This document shows, in pieces, positions 62,175-64,000 of a stretch of DNA of 64,000 bases. Each line of letters opens with the position of its first letter. Position 1 is the first letter of the stretch. A program made the translations under genes and the position numbers. Origin of the DNA: the human T2T-CHM13v2.0 reference genome, Homo sapiens; assembly GCF_009914755.1 (NCBI RefSeq), contig NC_060928.1; one strand, 5' to 3'. The notes beneath the pieces were generated by a model. That model worked only from the letters and a program-made list of their open reading frames with translations. It was not told the DNA's origin and searched no databases.

Positions 62175-64000
62175 TCAGGAAAAAAATCATATGATCATCT
62201 CAATATATTCAGAAAAACATTTGACAAAACCCATATCCATTTATAACAAATCTTTCTGAAAACTAGGAATAAATGGGAAGCTCCTCAACTTGAAAAATAA
62301 CATCTACAAAAAACCAAAGATAGCCTCATACTTGATGTTGAGACACGAGATGCTTTTCTCGTAAGATCAGGAACAAGAAATGAATGTCTCTTCTCACCAC
62401 TAGTATTCTATATAATAGTATAAGTCCTAGTTAATACAATAAAAAAGAAAACTAAATAAAAGTATATAAATTGGGAAGGAAGAAATACAATTTTCTTTGT
62501 TGGAAAATTATATGTTGTCTATGTAGAAAATTTCAAAGAAACAAAATCTTTCTGGAACTAATAAGCATCTATAGCAGAGTTGCAGGATACAAAACATACA
62601 CAAAAGTCAGTTGCTTTCCTATATAACAGCAATAAACAATTGAATTTATAAATTAAAACACAATGCCATTTATATTAGCTTGCAAAAATAGAAACATTTA
62701 CCTTTAAACTTGACAAAATAGGTACAAGAGATATATGAGGGAAACTATGACACATTTATGAAATAAATCGAAGATATAAACAAAGAAATATTTCAAGTTC
62801 ATGAGTAAAAACGCTTTATTAAGATGCCAATTCTTCCCAATTTGATCTATAGATACAATGCATTCCCAGTCAAAATCTCAGAAAGTTACCTGGTGGATAT
62901 CAATAAACATTCTAAAGTTTGTATAGAAAGGAAAAAGATCCAGAATAGTCAACATAATACTAAAGAAGTAGTCAGAGGACTAATACTACCCTACTTCAAG
63001 TCTAACTATAAAGTATAAAGCTACAGTGATCAAGGCAGTGTGGTATCAGCTAAATAAATTAATGGAACAGAATAGGGAGCCCAGAAATAGACCAACACAA
63101 GTACAGCCAACTGATCTTTGGCAAGGGAGAAAACATTTCAGTGGAGACAGGATAATCTTTTCAACAAAGAAAAATGGTTCCGGAAAAAGTGGACATTCAC
63201 ACGCAAAAAATAATAAGTAAGAACCTAGACAGAGACCTTACATCTTTTACAAAAAGTAACTCAAAATGGATCGTAGACCTAAGTATAAAATACAAAACCA
63301 TACAACGTTTAAATAATAATATAGGAGAAAGTCTAGGAGCAAATTTTTGCGTTTGCAATGAATATTAGATACAACACTAAAAACAACACATATAAGCAAA
63401 AATTTGATAAGTTGCTCTTCATTAAAATTAAAAACTTCTGCTCTGAGAGAAACACTATTAGGAGAATGAAGAGACAAGCCAAAAATTGGAAGAATACATT
63501 TTCAAAACATATATATTTTAAACAAAGGACTTTTATCCAAAATATACAATTTTTTAAAAATTATAAAATAGGAAAAAGATATGAACAGACACCTCACTAA
63601 AGAAGATATACAGATGGCAAGTAAGCATATAAAAAGATGCCCAAAATTATATGCCATCAGGGAATTGTAATTTTAAAACAATAATAAAATACAACTACAT
63701 ACCTATCAGAATGGCCAAAATCCAAGACACTGATAATAAAGATTATTGATGAGGATGTGAATCAACAGGGATCCTTTCATTGCTGATGGAAATGCAAAAG
63801 GTACAGCCACTTTAGAAGACAATCTGGCAGCGTCTTATGAAGCTAATATAGTCTTATCATATGATGCAAAAATCACACTTGTATTTACCCAAATAAGTTG
63901 AAAATTTATATAGACAAAAAACCTGCACATGAATGTTTATAAGAACTTTATTCATAATTGTCAAAATTGGAAACAACCAAGATGTCCTTCAACAGGTGAA
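62175..64000 (+). mobile_element. Old L1M (L1MB/MC age) ORF2 remnant running off the right edge
   Basis: Peptides MPILPNLIYRYNAFPVKI, NSKWIVDL, IKIKNFCS; many stops and frameshifts. Confidence 0.9.

Overview
This window is AT-rich human genomic DNA that looks intronic or intergenic; the species call rests on a near-consensus AluYb8 at 48182-48486, a human-specific subfamily. It is dominated by transposable elements: a full-length ~6.0 kb L1PA2/young-L1PA3 with target-site duplications (dead ORF1, open 1271-aa ORF2), several truncated or inverted L1s, five Alus, LTRs (MER52A, MER4D/E group, MLT1/MLT2), a MER1A DNA transposon, many MIR/L2 relics and microsatellites. No host protein-coding gene could be named. 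Splice and poly(A) signals suggest a minus-strand terminal exon (~42178-42475) lying between two plus-strand non-coding exon candidates (36603-36812, 46052-46222), i.e. a possible sense/antisense overlap; this is inferred from motifs only. I found no rRNA, tRNA, CRISPR or prokaryotic-type system and cannot support a claim of a novel biological system. The best leads are the overlapping-transcript architecture with a palindromic splice site, the open but motif-damaged L1 ORF2, a 60-bp dispersed duplication, and a human-specific inverted Alu pair. Repeat subfamily names come from recalled consensus sequences, and boundaries of old elements are approximate.
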